Made by a program: the position numbers and the translations under genes. A DNA stretch of 64,000 bases from Prorocentrum cordatum (taxonomy: Eukaryota). This document shows, one piece after another, positions 63,131-64,000 of the stretch. The number at the start of each line of letters is the position of its first letter. Position 1 is the stretch's first letter. The notes beneath the pieces are model-generated. The model searched no databases. It saw only the letters and a list, made by a program, of their open reading frames with translations, and was not told the DNA's origin. The stretch lies in NCBI GenBank assembly GCA_963575745.1, contig CAUYUJ010000094.1:1-64000 (forward strand), written 5' to 3'.

Positions 63131-63674
63131 AGATCGCACAGCAGATGGTATACTAGTGCTGTTCGAAACTCATTGCTTGGGGTCCACACTGGCTAACATG
63201 TTCCATGGGGTATGGCTTGTGCAGCAACGGACAATCGCGTCGAGCATGGTAAGGAGGTGAAGCCCGGCCCTATGATATTCACACTGGGCCTGCTCGAGGT
63301 CCAAGGAGCTCGGAATCACTCGATACCCCGGGCCAATGTTCAATTGCTCAACATGCCTGTTATTCAATCGCTTCGCTCATTCCGCCAGCCCATGTTGCAT
63401 GATCGCTACTGCTTCGCCGTGGGCCTGGGGCCATTGTGGCGCCGCCGAGGAGGAGGAGGATGAGGAGGAGGAGGAGGAGGAAGACGCGGATGGGGAAGGG
63501 GAGGGGAGGAGGAGGAGAGGATGAGAAGGAGAGGAGGAGGATGAAGATAAGTAGTAGTAGGAGGAGGAGGAGGAGGAGGAGGAGGAGGAAGGAGAAGGGG
63601 CGGAGGAGGAAGCCTCTCGTTTGCATCTTGTGTTGCTCTTGGGACCAAACAGGGTCGTCGTCGAGATGCTTCTT

Positions 63675-64000
63675 TGGGAGGCCTCTTGGGGTCTTTTGAG
63701 AAGCCGTTCGGGGGCGCCTGGGAAGCATTTTTGAACTTCTGGGGCCTCTTGGGGCCTCTTTTGGGCCTCCTGGGGGCCTCCTGGGGCCTCTTGGGGGCCT
63801 CTTGGCGGCATCTTGGGGCCTCTTGGGTGCCTCTCAGGGGCCTCTCGGGCCCTCCTGGGGCCCTCTTGGGGCGGGAAGGCTCGAGTTTTCGGTTCGTGGT
63901 CCCCCTCTTGGGCCCCTCTTGGGGCCGTCTTGGGCCGTCTTGGGCGCCTCTTGGGCCGTCTCGGGGCCCTCTTGGGTCCTCTTGGCGCCCTCTTTGAAGC
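63675..64000. repeat. (GGGGCCTCTT)n decamer repeat; reverse-strand relative at ~14330-14770
   Basis: Directly visible degenerate 10-mers. Confidence 0.8.

Overview
GC-rich, microsatellite-dense eukaryotic DNA. A perfect dinoflagellate spliced leader (DinoSL, 27198-27219, minus) marks it as dinoflagellate nuclear DNA; Prorocentrum-like is only an inference from the repeat style. Most of 1-39.5 kb and 57.8-64 kb is MITEs, short interspersed repeats and (GAG)n/(CAT)n/(GTC)n microsatellites, and nearly all ORFs there are spurious. Two loci stand out. (1) A kinesin retrogene with full SL plus relic SL and a 14-bp target-site duplication, inserted into a host repeat and later interrupted by a 183-bp MITE that could splice out as an in-frame intron. 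(2) An ~18-kb TIR-bounded element (39700-57771) with subterminal repeats and about seven co-oriented minus-strand genes: a CMC/CACTA-like DDE transposase, a ParB-like plus SET-like protein, an AP2-like protein, a Lys-rich CxxC-x5-CxxC protein, two small paralogues and a coiled-coil protein. The element interior carries about 70 copies (counted by eye) of the palindrome GCTGCAGC, often with symmetric but variable arms, versus a handful outside. This suggests a transposon-encoded self-recognition/chromatin system. Domain calls rest on motif recognition only; no database search was run.
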